From NCBI RefSeq assembly GCF_018350175.1, contig NC_058368.1:73658001-73722000 (forward strand): a stretch of DNA of 64,000 nucleotides, given 5' to 3'. Both the position numbers and the translations under genes were made by a program. The stretch comes from Felis catus. Taxonomy: Eukaryota. Each line of letters begins with the position of its first letter. Position 1 is the first letter of the stretch. Below are positions 1-12,502 of the stretch, piece by piece. Under the pieces are notes generated by a model, which did not search any database, was not told where the DNA came from, and worked only from the letters and a program-made list of their open reading frames with translations.

Positions 1-74
1 GAAGGTTATTAATGTTTTAAAAGATCCTTTCAGTGAGTACCCTTAAGTATACTTAGTGTTCCTAATTCCTCTCT

Positions 75-700
75 TTTTCTGAAATAAAATTGACATACAT
101 TATATTAGTTTCAGGTTTGCAACATAATGATCCGATATTTGTGTATATAGCAAAATGATCACTACAATGAGTCTAGTTAACATCCATCACCACACATAGT
201 TATAATTTTTTTCTTATTATGAGAACTATTAAGATGTATTCTCTCAGCAACTTTCAAATATGCAGCATGGTATTATTAACTACAGTCACCATACTGTATC
301 TCACATCCCTGTTTATTTTATAATGGGAAGTTTGTACCTTTTGACCACCTTCACCTTTTTTGTCCAACACCTGTCCCTTGCCTCTGGCAACCACAGATCT
401 GTGCTCTGTATCCATGAGTTTGCTTTTTTGTGTGGTTTTTTTTTTTCATATTCCACAAATAAGTGAAATCACATGGTATTTGCCTTTCTCTGTCTGACTT
501 ATTTCACTTAGCATAATGCCCTCTTGGTCCATCCATGTTTGTGCAAATGGCGAGATTACATTCTTTTTTTTTTTTTTTTGTGGCTGACTAGTTGTGCATC
601 TACACCACATTTTCTTTATTCATTAATCCGTTGATGGACTTTTAGGATTGCTTCCACATCTTGGCGGTTGTAAATAACGCTGCAGTAAAACACGAGGTTG
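75..700 (-). mobile_element. L1 3' end fragment (L1MA9/L1_Carn-like)
   Basis: Antisense L1 3'UTR motifs: tatattagtttcagg..caacataatga, ctctcagcaactttcaaata, gacttatttcacttagcataatgccc, ttccacatcttggc. Confidence 0.85.
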
Positions 701-1874
701 CTCTTTACTCTTTAATATGCTATGGTTACCTTTTACTTCATTGAGAAGTAAGTAGCAAGTAACTTAATAATTATAGTAGTACATAACTTAATAAAAATTG
801 TAAGAAAAGGAAAGGAAATACAATATTTTGGGTTGAATAAGCTACCATTCTGCAAAATCTTGCCTTAAGTGGAACCTGCCATCAGAATGGTTTGTGTGCA
901 GTGAGGATTTTCGAGGTCAGGCAGAAACCAAAGGTGCTGAGAAATGGGGGAGAGGCCCTGGTGTCGCCATAAGTGGGTCTTTCAGGTATATGTTTGTATT
1001 GTCTCATCGGGTGATGTCCACAATTGAAACAACATGAAAATTTCTCTTCTCCTTCACCCAATGTGGGGCTCTAGTTTGAGAAAAACCAAAGACAATGAAC
1101 AAGTGATCAACTATAAAGTTTTCAAAGAAAGAATATTTGGATACTGTCTGTTAAAAAAGTTACCTTTAGCTGGAGAGATTTGGATTTTATTCTTTCCCAC
1201 TTGCTAAGTGCTGTTGAGCACAATTGCTTTATGTCTTTGTCTTTTTTGTTGTTGTTTTAAGTGTTTGCTTGTAGATTCTTGTGGTTTTGATAAGGTGAGG
1301 TTTTTCAAGTAATTTGAAAAGTGGAGTGAACACATTACTTTAAAATGAAGTACACCATTTCCAAGGATGGTTGACTTTTAACTTTTACCTTGAATCGCTT
1401 CCCTATTGAATCAAACATAAACTTTTGTCAACAGATGAAATGAAGTGAAAAGGTACCTATATCCCACATGTTTCCTTTTCTGGAGAAAGAAGCACTCTTG
1501 CTGGTAACTGATGTAGTATCACAAAGAGGTTCATGCCTTTTATGTCATTTACTCAAGTTCTTGAAAATGAAATTTGTTTAGCAGCCTTTGTAAATATTCC
1601 TCTTCTACATGATAAAGACTTTCTGTGCAGTAGAAGGGAGGTCTAAATCTATTTGCTGGCACTCGTAAATTAGACATTTTGCACATATAATAAGTGCAGC
1701 CATGCAAGAGACCACCACTGATCTCAACTTGAATTATTTCATCCAGTTCCTACCTGGAAGGCTTTTTTTTTTTTTTTAATCCAGTGCAATTAATTAAGCA
1801 AACAGGAGCGACGTTGGTACTTTTGACAGATTATAAGAACAAAGGCTCTTGCGTTAGGGCTTTCATGGATCTCA

Positions 1875-2140
1875 TAAGTAGACAGTCCTCATAAATCCTG
1901 CATAACAGATCTTTTGATTCTCCCTCAAAAGCTTTATCCTATTCCAATTGGTACTCATCACCACGGGAGGCTTGCTACTTGCAAATTTTTCTATTGCTGT
2001 TTTCATTTCCTCTCCAGTAATAGAGGCAATCAGTTTCTCATTATCCAGAAGATCCAGTTTTGGCATTTTAATTTTAGCCAGAATTTTCATAATCTCTCTG
2101 TTATCAGCTGCTATCTCTGAGGCAAATATCAGTTTGGAGA
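1875..2140 (-). mobile_element. Ancient L1/Tx1-like LINE ORF2 relic (region just before the RT domain)
   Basis: Minus strand reads KILAKIKMPKLDLLDNEKLIASITGEEMKTAIEKFASSKPP/GDEYQLE*DKAF with one frameshift. This fits the L1-clade pattern lPkl...L..pIt.eEi..aI......KsPGpDg...EfyK.F. Confidence 0.6.
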
Positions 2141-3619
2141 ATTAAAAAAAAAAAAAAAAGGAAATTTTCTGTATCACTACTAAGCTAATGATCAAATGTA
2201 GACCTATTGAAGTAAAAAAACCCTGTGGTCTTTGTGATTTTGATTCCTATTAGTATATTAGTTACTCCTGACTTATTTATAAAATTTGATAAAGATTTAT
2301 TAAGAAAATTATAATATATAACAATGCTAACCTTTAATGAATGTTAATTCATTGTATTTATGCTTTGGCCATAGATCCACATTTGGTGTTAGGATCATGG
2401 AGAAAAGGCCTAGGGTTCCAGTGGAAAAAAATTAGTGCTTTTCAGCAAGAAATTTTACCAATATGCACCACAGTTGGGCTCTCGGTAGGGGAGCACTGGT
2501 CTCTAGTAATTTTGTGCCAGTCTCCACCCCCTATGTCTCATCATTGGCCTTATGTGTTTTAAAGGATAAGAATTACTATTTAGGAAAAGAGATAATATAT
2601 ATGAAAAACCAAAACAAGAGGAAAAATCTCACATGATTTATAATTTAAATCATTAGAGCAGTTGTACAAAAATAAAGAAATGGCCTCATTGTGATAAAAT
2701 AGAATTCTTTAAGAAGAACTTCAGAAAACATCTGGATGTGGCCTTTGATATTCCTTTGGTATTCAGCGGTTGGAGGTCCAAATTTAAGCTTACTTCTTGA
2801 CACCAATGTACGTGAACGTGTTTGGGTTTCTGTATGATTCATCTGAGGAAATTTATTTTGTAATTTCCTCTCCCTCATTAATTTGGTTTCTAATGGCATA
2901 TTATTAATTTTTTTTGGACCTGTGTTCCTATGGTATCTCGCTCTGCTTTAGGGGAGTGTCTTACAGACTCTGAGGGCTATGAAGAGACTCCAACGTGACA
3001 TCCAGACTGGTGGGAGACCAGTTATTGCCTTGGGCCTGGGCAGGGGGCGCTCTCGTGCTCTCTCTTGGAATCTGACTGATTAGTTGGGGAGGAAGCCTTG
3101 GGATGCTGCAGTTATTAGGTAAAACAAACCTTTTCCTTTGGCTGCAGCTGTTTCATCCTGAGTCAGCAGGATATAACAACGACACAAGGGAATATATTTC
3201 ACGTAAGAGGAGAGAGACTGTCACCATTTGGGTCTCCTCTTGAGCTTTGGAAGCTTCTGAAGTTAAGCTCAAGGTGTCAGTTCTTTTCTCATTTTGCTGA
3301 CTCTTGCTGCAAAGTCCTAGTTGACCCTCAGAAGAGCCAACAGGGAGACGGTCATCTAAAAAAGTTCTAACGGGGGTAGGAGGTGGTGGTGTATGGGAGC
3401 AAAGGGACCCGGGGTGTGTGGCCCAGAACACTGGGGTGAGTCATAGAATAGAAGCATCTGGTGCACATTTACTGGATACCCACCGTGTGAATGGTGTTGC
3501 TATAGGTGTGGAGGACACGGGTGGATGTCAGGTGGTCCTCACAGGACAGATTCTTCTTGTGAGAATAAGTGTAATCACACATAGGCGGTGCTATTGGGGA
3601 GAGTCTCTGCTTGGGGAGT

Positions 3620-4230
3620 CAGAGAGAGCTTTGAAAGAGGTAACTTCTGAGGTGAGGTTTGTGGGGTGAGGGGTCCACCAAGTGAGGAAAGACGGGGAAG
3701 GGATGACATGGGCATTCCTGGTGGAGTCCAAAGACCCTCAAAGGCACAAAGGCCTGACAATCCAGGATGCGTGTGAGGAAGTGCAGTGGCAATCTGGTTT
3801 GACTGCTAGAGGTGTCAGAGGGACAGGCAGGGAAAGAAAGCAGAAATGTGAGTTGTGGCCAATGTGAAGACCCTTCTATGAGTGCTAGTAGGTGTGCCTT
3901 CTATCTGAAAGGAGTGAGGGACTTTTGAGCAGGGGTTGGTGCCATTAAATACCTTTTTGGAGAAGTCAATTCTGATGACATTGGAGGATGGATTGAAATC
4001 GGAGGGAGGCTTGGGGACAGTAAGAATCATAAAGGTGTGGATGATTGATGCTGAGGACGGAACTAGGACAGTGGTACTGAGTTGAGGTACTGGGTTTGAG
4101 ATAAAATTATGAATAGAAACAATTGGACTTAGAAAGTGGGACAAAAACAGTGAAAGGCTGCCTCTGAAGTCTTGAACTGGGGGACCTGGGAGGTGACTGT
4201 GCCATGGACAAAGAAAAGGCAGGAATCAAG
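3620..4230 (-). mobile_element. L2 fragment
   Basis: Degenerate antisense L2 3' motifs (gaggtaacttctgaggtgaggttt, ggcacaaaggcctga, ggggacttttgagcagggg). Confidence 0.55.
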
Positions 4231-4499
4231 TGTGTTGGGTTAGCATGAGATGTGATTCCAAGCTGAAGAGCCTGCCCAACTCAACCCAGATACTCAACTC
4301 AACATGCTGGCTTCTGAGCCCAAGCATTGCCTGGCATGACCACTAAGACTAATAACACCTCAGAAGGCATCAGTCTTTTTAGTGTTTATCAAGGGCTATA
4401 TTAAATTGGTATGACACATGTGTTACAATTAAAGAACCAACAATGATGAGTTATGATGCCTAAATTCCATAGTTTATTCAAATTTCTTTAGTTTTAACT

Positions 4500-5125
4500 T
4501 AATTTCCTTTTTATTTTCTGTGTCAGGATCTCATCTAGGATGCCGTATCATATTTAGTTGTCATGTCTCCTCAGGCTTCTCTTAGTTCTCATGGTTTCTT
4601 AAATTTTCCTTGTTTTTGACGACCTTGAGGGTTTTCAGGAGTACTAGTCAAGGACTCATCTCTCAGGATTTGTGTGATGTTTTTCTCATGGTTGGACTGG
4701 GGTTATGGATGTTTGGAGCAAGATCACAGAGGTTAAGTACCATTTCCATCACATCATATGAGGAGAACGTACTGTCAACATGACTAACAACTACTGATGT
4801 TGACCTTGGTCACCTGGCTGGTGTAGGGTTGGTCAGGTTTCTCCCTTTCTGTACTACACTCTTTGGAAAGAAGTCACTATGCTTAGTCCCCAGTTGAGGT
4901 ATGGGGGGTTATGCTCCATTTCTAACCTAAATTATTTAGAATTCTTCTGCAGAGCATATTTGTTTCTTCTCCCCATTTATAAATTTATGTATTTGTTTAC
5001 ATCTGAATGGAAACAGGAATATTTATTTTATAATTTGGGTTATAACCCAATACTACTCTATTCATTTTTCTGTTTAGATTGCTTTAGTGTTTGCAGCTGG
5101 GAGCTCTTTCAGTTGGCCCCTGTTT
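4500..5125 (-). mobile_element. L1MC4-like 3' fragment
   Basis: caggatctcatctaggatgcc..tttagttgtcatgtctcc, gaccttgagggttttcaggagtactagtca, gactggggttatgg. Confidence 0.75.
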
Positions 5126-5189
5126 ATGGAAACCCTATTCTGCCACCTGCTTGGGAGTGAGGGTAGAGCATGAGGGGAAAAAAGACTAA

Positions 5190-5390
5190 TTCCTACTGAG
5201 CACCTGCCTGGCACATGCCATTTCACATACTGAATTTCCCTTTGTTTTCATAGTAGCCTGGTGAGAGAAAGAGTGTTTTCAACATTTTGAAGGTGAGAAC
5301 ACTGAGTTTCAGAGAGGTTTAGTAACTGGCTTAAGGTCACACAATTAGTAAGTGGCAAACCTGGGGTTTGAGCCCAGATCTGTGTTACTC
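5190..5390 (-). mobile_element. MIR SINE
   Basis: Core acattttgaaggtgagaacactgagtttcagagaggtttagtaactggcttaaggtcacac. Confidence 0.8.
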
Positions 5391-5394
5391 CACA

Positions 5395-5895
5395 TGAGGT
5401 TGATTAAGAAGGCTGCCAATTTTTTTGCTACTTCTTTCATGGAGAAGTAGAGTCTAACTCGCCTCCCTGGAATATGGACTGATGTTTTTGACTTAATTAG
5501 ATTTATATGAATTCAGCAGAAGTGACATTCTGGAACTTACAAGTCTAGATTAAAAAAAAAAAGCCTAAAGCTTTCTCCCTGACCTCTTGGAATGCATGTT
5601 TTGGGGAAGCTTGATGCCATGTGGGAAGCCCAGCTGCTCTGAGACTGCCGTGCTGTGAGGTAATCCAAGGTAGCCGCATGGAGCCGTCTACCCGGTTCCC
5701 ATTTTTTCCAGCCATCTTAGCCCAGGCACCTGAAATGTGAGTGAGGAGTCCCAGCCAGCATCTCGCTGCAAGTGCTTGAGAGCTCCTGAGCAAGGACTAC
5801 CCACCTGAGCCCTGTCAACCCTCAGAACCATGAGAGAGATGAGTGCATTCTTTTTGAATGTATGGGGTAGTTTGCCATGAGATGTAATTGGCACA
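5395..5895 (+). mobile_element. MaLR solo LTR (MLT1H-like)
   Basis: ggagaagtagagtcta, gcagaagtgacattctgg, gccatgtgggaag..ctgagactgccgtgctgtgagg, 3' end ggggtagtttgccatga..ca. Confidence 0.75.
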
Positions 5896-6853
5896 CCAGC
5901 AAACAGATGTCATTTCTCTCTGTACCGCCCAGCATCCGGGGGTGCCTACTGTTCTGATAAGGTCCTAGACTGAGGCAAATAACACGAGAGGCCATTACCC
6001 TAATATATGGAGTGCACGACGGGGCCCGTTTGGAGCTGGGTGCTTGTGGACAAGGAGAAGAGGCTGAGCTGACAGCCATGTCAAAAATTTAGGGGAGAAT
6101 AGACCATAGCAGAGTAGCATTGCATTAGAGCTTGTCAGGGGGGAAAGATGGTGAGTTTATCAGATTGCCTTGAACTGGCAGTTCTACTTTCTCACTTGGA
6201 GATGTCTGACTTTGAGCAAATTACTTTAGCTCTCTGAGCTTTAGCCTCCTTATCCTTAAAGTTTGGATGATCCGATGATAATAATATCAGATACAATGAG
6301 GTAGTTCCCATGGTTTTTTTAAGCAAACGTTTTTTATGGCACCTGTTCCTTTGGATTCAAATTGTTTTCTAGTCTACCTCTCAAACAGACTTGGAGACTC
6401 CTTGGGGAATGAGATTATATCACATATGTCGTGTCTTGGTGACTAGCATGGTAAGCAGATTGGCGATTCAAAAAGTTGTTGAATGGAAGAAGGAATTGAT
6501 ACCAATGAGCAAAGCCTCATTGTAGTAGAGGCATGAAAGAAGGGTAACTGACCCATCTGGGTGGAGGGCAGAAGTAACACTGGTTAGCAGGGAAACGAAG
6601 ACAGAAAGAATTGTAAGAACAATGGGAAGGTCATCAGCAGTGAGAAATGCAAACTAGGTCAGGAAAAAAGTTGCAGTGGAGTGTTAATAAGTTCCAGATA
6701 AAGTGTCCAAGGAAGAAATGGTGCTGAAGGGCAGAGGCATCATAGGAATTGGCAGGGTCAATGGAGATACACACCCACATGTACAGAGTATATATTCTAT
6801 CCTCTGAGAATATATTTAGAGGAAGGTAGACATATTAGTTTGCACAATTCTTT

Positions 6854-7081
6854 TTTTTTTTTTTAAATTTTTTTTTTCAACGTTTATTTATTTTTGGGAC
6901 AGAGAGAGACAGAGCATGAACGGGGGGAGGGGCAGAGAGAGAGGGAGACACAGAATCGGAAACAGGCTCCAGGCTCTGAGCCATCAGCCCAGAGCCCGAC
7001 GCGGGGCTCGAACTCACGGACCGCGAGATCGTGACCTGGCTGAAGTCGGACGCTTAACCGACTGCGCCACCCAGGCGCCCC
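6854..7081 (-). mobile_element. Young felid CAN-SINE (SINEC_Fc type)
   Basis: Near-consensus with CpGs intact (gacgcggggctcgaactcacggaccgcgagatcgtgacc). 15-bp TSD tttgcacaattcttt at 6839-6853 and 7084-7098. Confidence 0.97.
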
Positions 7082-7109
7082 ATTTTGCACAATTCTTTAA
7101 GAACTCTTA

Positions 7110-7310
7110 GCTATTCACTCAATCATTAAACATTTATGACTCAACTAGTATACTCCAGGAACTGTGTCAGGCATGGTGACATTATGGTCATCCAAACTGG
7201 TAAAATGTTTCTCTGTCATTGAAAGAGAAGACAGACATTGAACAAATAGTGGACCAAATAAATATGTCATTACTAGTTGAAATAAGTCCTGTAAAGAGAA
7301 AGTATAGAGT
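7110..7310 (-). mobile_element. L2 3' end fragment
   Basis: attcactcaatcattaaacattta..ccaggaactgtgtcaggcatgg..agacagacattgaacaaata. Confidence 0.6.
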
Positions 7311-7319
7311 CTGCTTGTT

Positions 7320-7721
7320 TTTCACCAATGTCCCTTCTGCCTGTCTTTAATGATAGAATGCTTGAGTTTTGGTTGAGATCACCACCAAACACTGACCATC
7401 TCTTATGGCTTGTCCACATGACTAAGTTCTGGCCAATGGGATAGGAACAGGACTATTTTTTTGCACTTTAGAGGTGCATCTTAAAAAGGAATCACATATA
7501 TTCCCTGGCCCTTTCCCCTTTCCTGCTGGCTAGAAATGATGAGAACTAAAACAAAAGTTCTGGATCACAAGTGGAGGCTGCATTTTGAAGATGGCAGGGT
7601 GTCCCTTGTAGCCTTGGACTCATGTATTATAACTGACAGAGAAATGAACTTCCATCTTATTTAAGTTCATTGTTTTTTTGGAGTCTCTTTGTTATTGAAA
7701 CTTAGCCAATGCTTTGATACA
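7320..7721 (+). mobile_element. MaLR solo LTR (MLT1J-like)
   Basis: cacatgactaagttctggccaatggga, aacttccatcttatttaag, 3' end tgttattg..gataca. Confidence 0.7.
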
Positions 7722-7896
7722 GGAGACTATGAAGGAGGAGAAGAGGGGGCCCAGTAGAAATGGGAGAGGAGAAGCAAGGGTATCTCCAGTGAGGAAATAC
7801 CTGTGAAGTGGGATGATGAAGGAGTAAGAGGGTCCCAGGCAGAAGCATTAGCATGTATGAAGCCCCTGAAATGGACAAGGCCTTGATACATTTGAA

Positions 7897-8233
7897 AACC
7901 AAACTCATAGATATAGAGAACAGAGGAGAGGAGGGTAGGTGAAATGAGTGAAGGGCATCAAGAGGCATACATTTCCAGCTATAAAATAAATGTCACGGGG
8001 GAAAAAACGTACAGCATGGTGACTATAAGTCAACAAAATTGTAGTGTGTACTTGAAAGTTGCCAAGAGAGTAAATCTAAAAAGTTCTCATCACAAGAAAC
8101 AATGTTATAACTTTGGTGACAGTTGGTTTCTAAACTTATTGTGGTAATAATTTTGCAGTGTATACAAATACTGAATCATTAAGTCGTAAACCTGAAATTA
8201 ATAGAATGTTATATGTCAATTATACTTGAAAAA
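7897..8233 (+). mobile_element. 5'-truncated L1 3' end (L1MA9-like) inserted in L2
   Basis: aaactcatagatatagagaacaga, tacagcatggtgactata, ttgaaagttgccaagagagtaaatctaaaaagttctcatcacaag, aatgttatatgtcaattata. Confidence 0.9.
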
Positions 8234-8414
8234 TGCTAGAGGAAACAAGATGCTCTACAGAAGCCCTCCTAAGAGGATCTGTACCAACGAAGATCATATT
8301 GTTGGCTCATAGGATATAAAACAATATCTGGCCATGTCACGTTCAGTCATGTTCAGTTAATAAAACATTTTATGGGAGAGGGGGAAAAAAAGAAAATGGC
8401 TTGATACATATGAA

Positions 8415-8830
8415 GAACAGGAATAATGAGTAAGGCATGTGGGAGAAAGGAGAGAAATGACCAGGGGGTAATCCTAAATGAAATAGGAGGTCATTGAAGG
8501 GTTTTAGGCACTGCGGTAATATATGGCCTGATTTATGTTTCCAGAAGGTCCTGGCCTTGTGGGAAGGGTTGGATTGATGATGGACATCACTTACCTCAGC
8601 TGGAGATGATGGTAACTAGTCCTGAAGGTAGAGATGGAGATATGGAAAAGTGACAGATGTGAGTTAAGATTTTGAAGGTAGAATTACCAGATCTGTTTGA
8701 TGTATATAAGACGTGTGTCACTGAGAGGAAGGGTGCTTTTGAGATGATCCCAGGTTTTGAGGAGACAAGAGGAAGAAGAGAATTGGCAGAGGAAGGCCAA
8801 ATGTCTAGTGTTGTTTGAATGTGGTATGTC
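8415..8830 (-). mobile_element. L2 fragment (continues the L2 at about 7750-7896)
   Basis: cattgaagggttttaggca, gatggagatatggaaaagtgacagat, ttttgaaggtagaattaccaga. Confidence 0.6.
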
Positions 8831-11199
8831 AGAAAGAAATACAAAGCCAGTGTTTCACATCCCATAATTGTCCATTTTCAGCTGTGTGATTTTGGGAATG
8901 TTACAATTTTACAGAAAAAGAAAAAGATTTAGAGGTTAAGAAACATAAAGTCAACATTTTAAACTTAAAATCCATGGAGTTAACATGCTATAGTAGAAAG
9001 ACAGTAGGCTGTGGAGACAAATGCTCAGTTATATAACTTTCTTATTGGGTGACCTTGACAAAGTCACTTCAATTCTTAGAACCTCCGAGTTCTCATGGAA
9101 AAAAAAAAAGTCTTGTCGTATGGATTTAAAATGGTAAGCCGCCAAAGAAGTGACGAATAAATGCATGCTCACTTTATGTTACCTCAAGTTGTTTTCCAGC
9201 TGAAACTTACACTGGGTGTTCCTGTTCCATATATGTGAAGGTCAGATAATGTAGACATCTATTTTCATACCAAAACTCAGAAAGAGGGGCAGGCTGAGGG
9301 ACAAATCCAGGCTGCTTTGCCTGGACCACTGTAGTCATGTAATGACCCTTGTTCTTCCTCAGTCTAAATGCTCAGACTGGGAGATGAGTTTTCAAAGGAC
9401 ATTGAACTTGGACCCTGTGACTCATTGGTTAACATGTTCTGTTGTGCACTTTTCCAGAAGGTAAAAGTAGCCTTCTGGAAAAGTTACTATCAAGCTCTTT
9501 TAGTGAGATCTGAATGCAGTTTCATCAGATGTCATCAGGTTTTAGACTTTTCATTTATAGAAACTCCTGGAATCTGTGGATATTTGCTCAATGTGCTGTG
9601 GGGTAATGGTCTGAGCCTAAAGCAAGAATACTACTTTCAAAATAAAATGACTAAATAATTAATCAGGGTACCTACCCCATGGTGACATTTGGCTAAGGTA
9701 TTAGGATTAGTACTTTGCAAAATGCCTAAGGTGTATCATGGATATTTGATGAAAGTGGTTGGTCATCACTGTGATTTTAAAATCATCCAGTGACCTGGAA
9801 ATTCTGAAGGATGATTTTCTTTAAAAAAAGAGTTTTTCTCCCCTTTGTCATCCCAGAGTGTGTTGTATTGTGCAGAATGGATTCCTTCTATAGAATTATT
9901 CATAGGCGGTCTTCATCTTAGTGTGATAGGGGTAGTGGGAGTGGACCCTGAGATAGCTGGACATTTATCTGGAGCTTGGTGGGGAGAGAGCCTGCCCGCC
10001 TGGGCACTTTGCAAAGATGAGGGGAGATGGTGTGCACTTTAGATGAAAACTTTTGGAAGCTCAACACAGGAAGTTGGCATGGTGGAAAGTTGCCTACGTA
10101 GTGGTGTAATTTAATCCCTGGGAAACAAGGATTTGTGTTTTGTAGAGTTTTGTCTCCATCAGATTATTATCATGAGTTCCTTCAACTTCTCCTTTGGCAT
10201 TATTCTTACACCTGTTGATGGTGGGGGTTGGGTTTTCAATATGCCTCGTACCACCATGTCTCATTTCCAGTGCCAGGTTGCAAAAATTTTCAAGCTTTCT
10301 CCTTGATATTCTACTCCCATATCTGTACATAGTTATGTGAGGAGGGAGATACAAAGAGCAGAAACTGTTTGCTATTTGTTATTTTCATTCTTTTAAAAAA
10401 GAAGCCTAAGTTGAGAGAATGGGAACAAAACCAAATTGTGCTGAAGAGAAATTCCATTCTTTTATCCATTGGACTTATTTTTTTTTTATACAAGTAGATC
10501 ATCTATAGGTTAAAATAATTATGAAACTTGGAATTTATCCAGTTGTGTAGTGGGTAATTACAAAATTGCTTTGTTTAATTATGTGGTATTTTATAGGAGG
10601 GCATTTTTAACCTTTGTCACTAGCACCAAATGGAAGGAGACACAGCTCTTCATAAAAAGTATCATAATTCTAATTGCATCTAAGGTTTATTTAGAAGCAA
10701 TTTATTTTTAAAGACATGCTCTAATTTGTGTAGTTTTTTTTTAAGTAGGTAAAAATTGCTGAAGTAAATTGGTTTGTGGCAAAAGAAGTAACACAGGAAT
10801 AACTGCTTGTTAATAGTCTCCTCCACTATTCAAATTTGCTAAGCCCAGCTCTGGTGAACACAGCGCCAAATTCATTGCTGAAACATGAGGCACAGCCTTA
10901 TATAATCAAGTGGCTCATTAGAGAAGATCAGAGGATTTCAAAGTACACTTTAAAAATCAGAACTAATGTCCCGTATTTAAAAAGGAGATCAAAGTGGACA
11001 TCTTGTCCAGAAGATCCTTTGCATATATTACTCCTCTGTGTTATTATCAGAAGTGACTTTCGTTGACATTTGCTGTAAGTCTATGTATGTACTAATGATA
11101 GATTAAACAGTTAAACCACCACATTTATTCATTCAACATGATTATTGGGTGACTTATATGCAAGGTAATGTAAACCCAACACTATACATAGCCCCAGTA

Positions 11200-11442
11200 C
11201 CCAAGGGCAGGAGAGGGTAGGTAACTTAGCTCAGAGAGCAAATTCCCTCTTCCTCTGCCTTTTTGTTCCATTCAGGCCCTCAATGAATTGGATGATCTCC
11301 ACTTGCATTGGTCAGGATAATCTTTACTTAGTCTACTGATTCAAATGTTAATCTCTTCCAGAAGCACCCTCACAGACACACCCAGAGGTAAAATGTGACT
11401 AGCTATCCATGAGCCCAGTGAAGTTCACATATAAATCATCAC
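11200..11442 (-). mobile_element. ERVL LTR fragment (MLT2)
   Basis: Reverse complement matches the MLT2 5' end tgtgatg..ctgggtgtgtctgtgagggtgcttctggaagagattaacatttgaatcagtagactaagtaaag. Confidence 0.85.
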
Positions 11443-11559
11443 AGAAAGTAGAGACCTGAATTTATAATCCTACTTATTAATAAATGAATTTATGTGTCAC
11501 TTGCCATTTGGAATCTTAGTTTTCATTTCTAAAAGAATATCAAATTAATTTCTGGCTGC

Positions 11560-11945
11560 GTTGTCAGAATAAAATAGTTTACGCTGAAACAACAAATAAA
11601 GTCAAATCTCAGTGACTGAAAACAATAAAAACCGGATGTTTCCTAACATCTTAGTCCCGTTTAGATTTGGGGGGTGGCAGTGAGGCAGGGTCAGAGAGAA
11701 ACTCTACTGTTAGGGACTCCATCTTGGGACACCATTGTCCTTAATATTTGGTCCCCAAATTCACTATAGAAGGGAACCGAGAGGAAGAAAGTGTGGGAGA
11801 TCTTTTAGGGACCAGGCCTAGAAATCTGTTCATATTCCGTTGGCCAGAGCCAGTCATGTGGCTCCACCTAGATCTTGGGGGGGCTTAAAAATCAAGTCTT
11901 TGGTGTGGCCAGGCAAAAATGAAATGTTCTGGGGGAGCACACAAT
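11560..11945 (-). mobile_element. MaLR LTR (old MLT1 family)
   Basis: aaatctcagtgactgaaaacaataaa, catattccgttggccagagccagtcatgtggc. Confidence 0.6.
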
Positions 11946-12502
11946 AGTGCCCTGTGAATTTCTGGTGTTATTATGAAGATAAAGTATGTGAATAGCCCAG
12001 GCTAATATATATGAAATAATATATATGGAAAGGCTGAGGTAATAATGTAAATCGCTCCTCTATGTGTTAGTTTTTTAGGATTGGAAAGATATATTGGGAC
12101 CAAGATAGAGAGATTCTTAAATTATTTTCATTTAAGGAATTTATAATTTACTTCATAGGTTAGGGTGCAACTGAAAGTTTTTGAAGAAGGAAGTTATAGA
12201 AACGAATTTGTGCATTAGGAGGATTGAACAATTGCCTATTGGCCGGAGATTCTGGAGAAAACTGTAGGTGATAGTCTTTTTTGGTTGTTGAGGAGCTATG
12301 GGGCCTGGACTAAGGTGAGGCAGAGGTAATGTAAGGGGAATAAGAAACATTACATTGGGCTACAATGTTTTATTAGCTTTTGCATCTAAGGTATCTTTTG
12401 CAGGACGTGGGCCATAATATGTGTTAAATAAACACTGCTGAATGAATCAATAATGACTCAATGAATGTATGAGTAAATGAATTCTATTCTGTAGACCAGT
12501 TA

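Noticed and set aside
3035..3052. CTCF-like motif gggcagggggcgc
   Set aside because: It lacks the conserved 5' CC of the core, and a single partial match is not enough.
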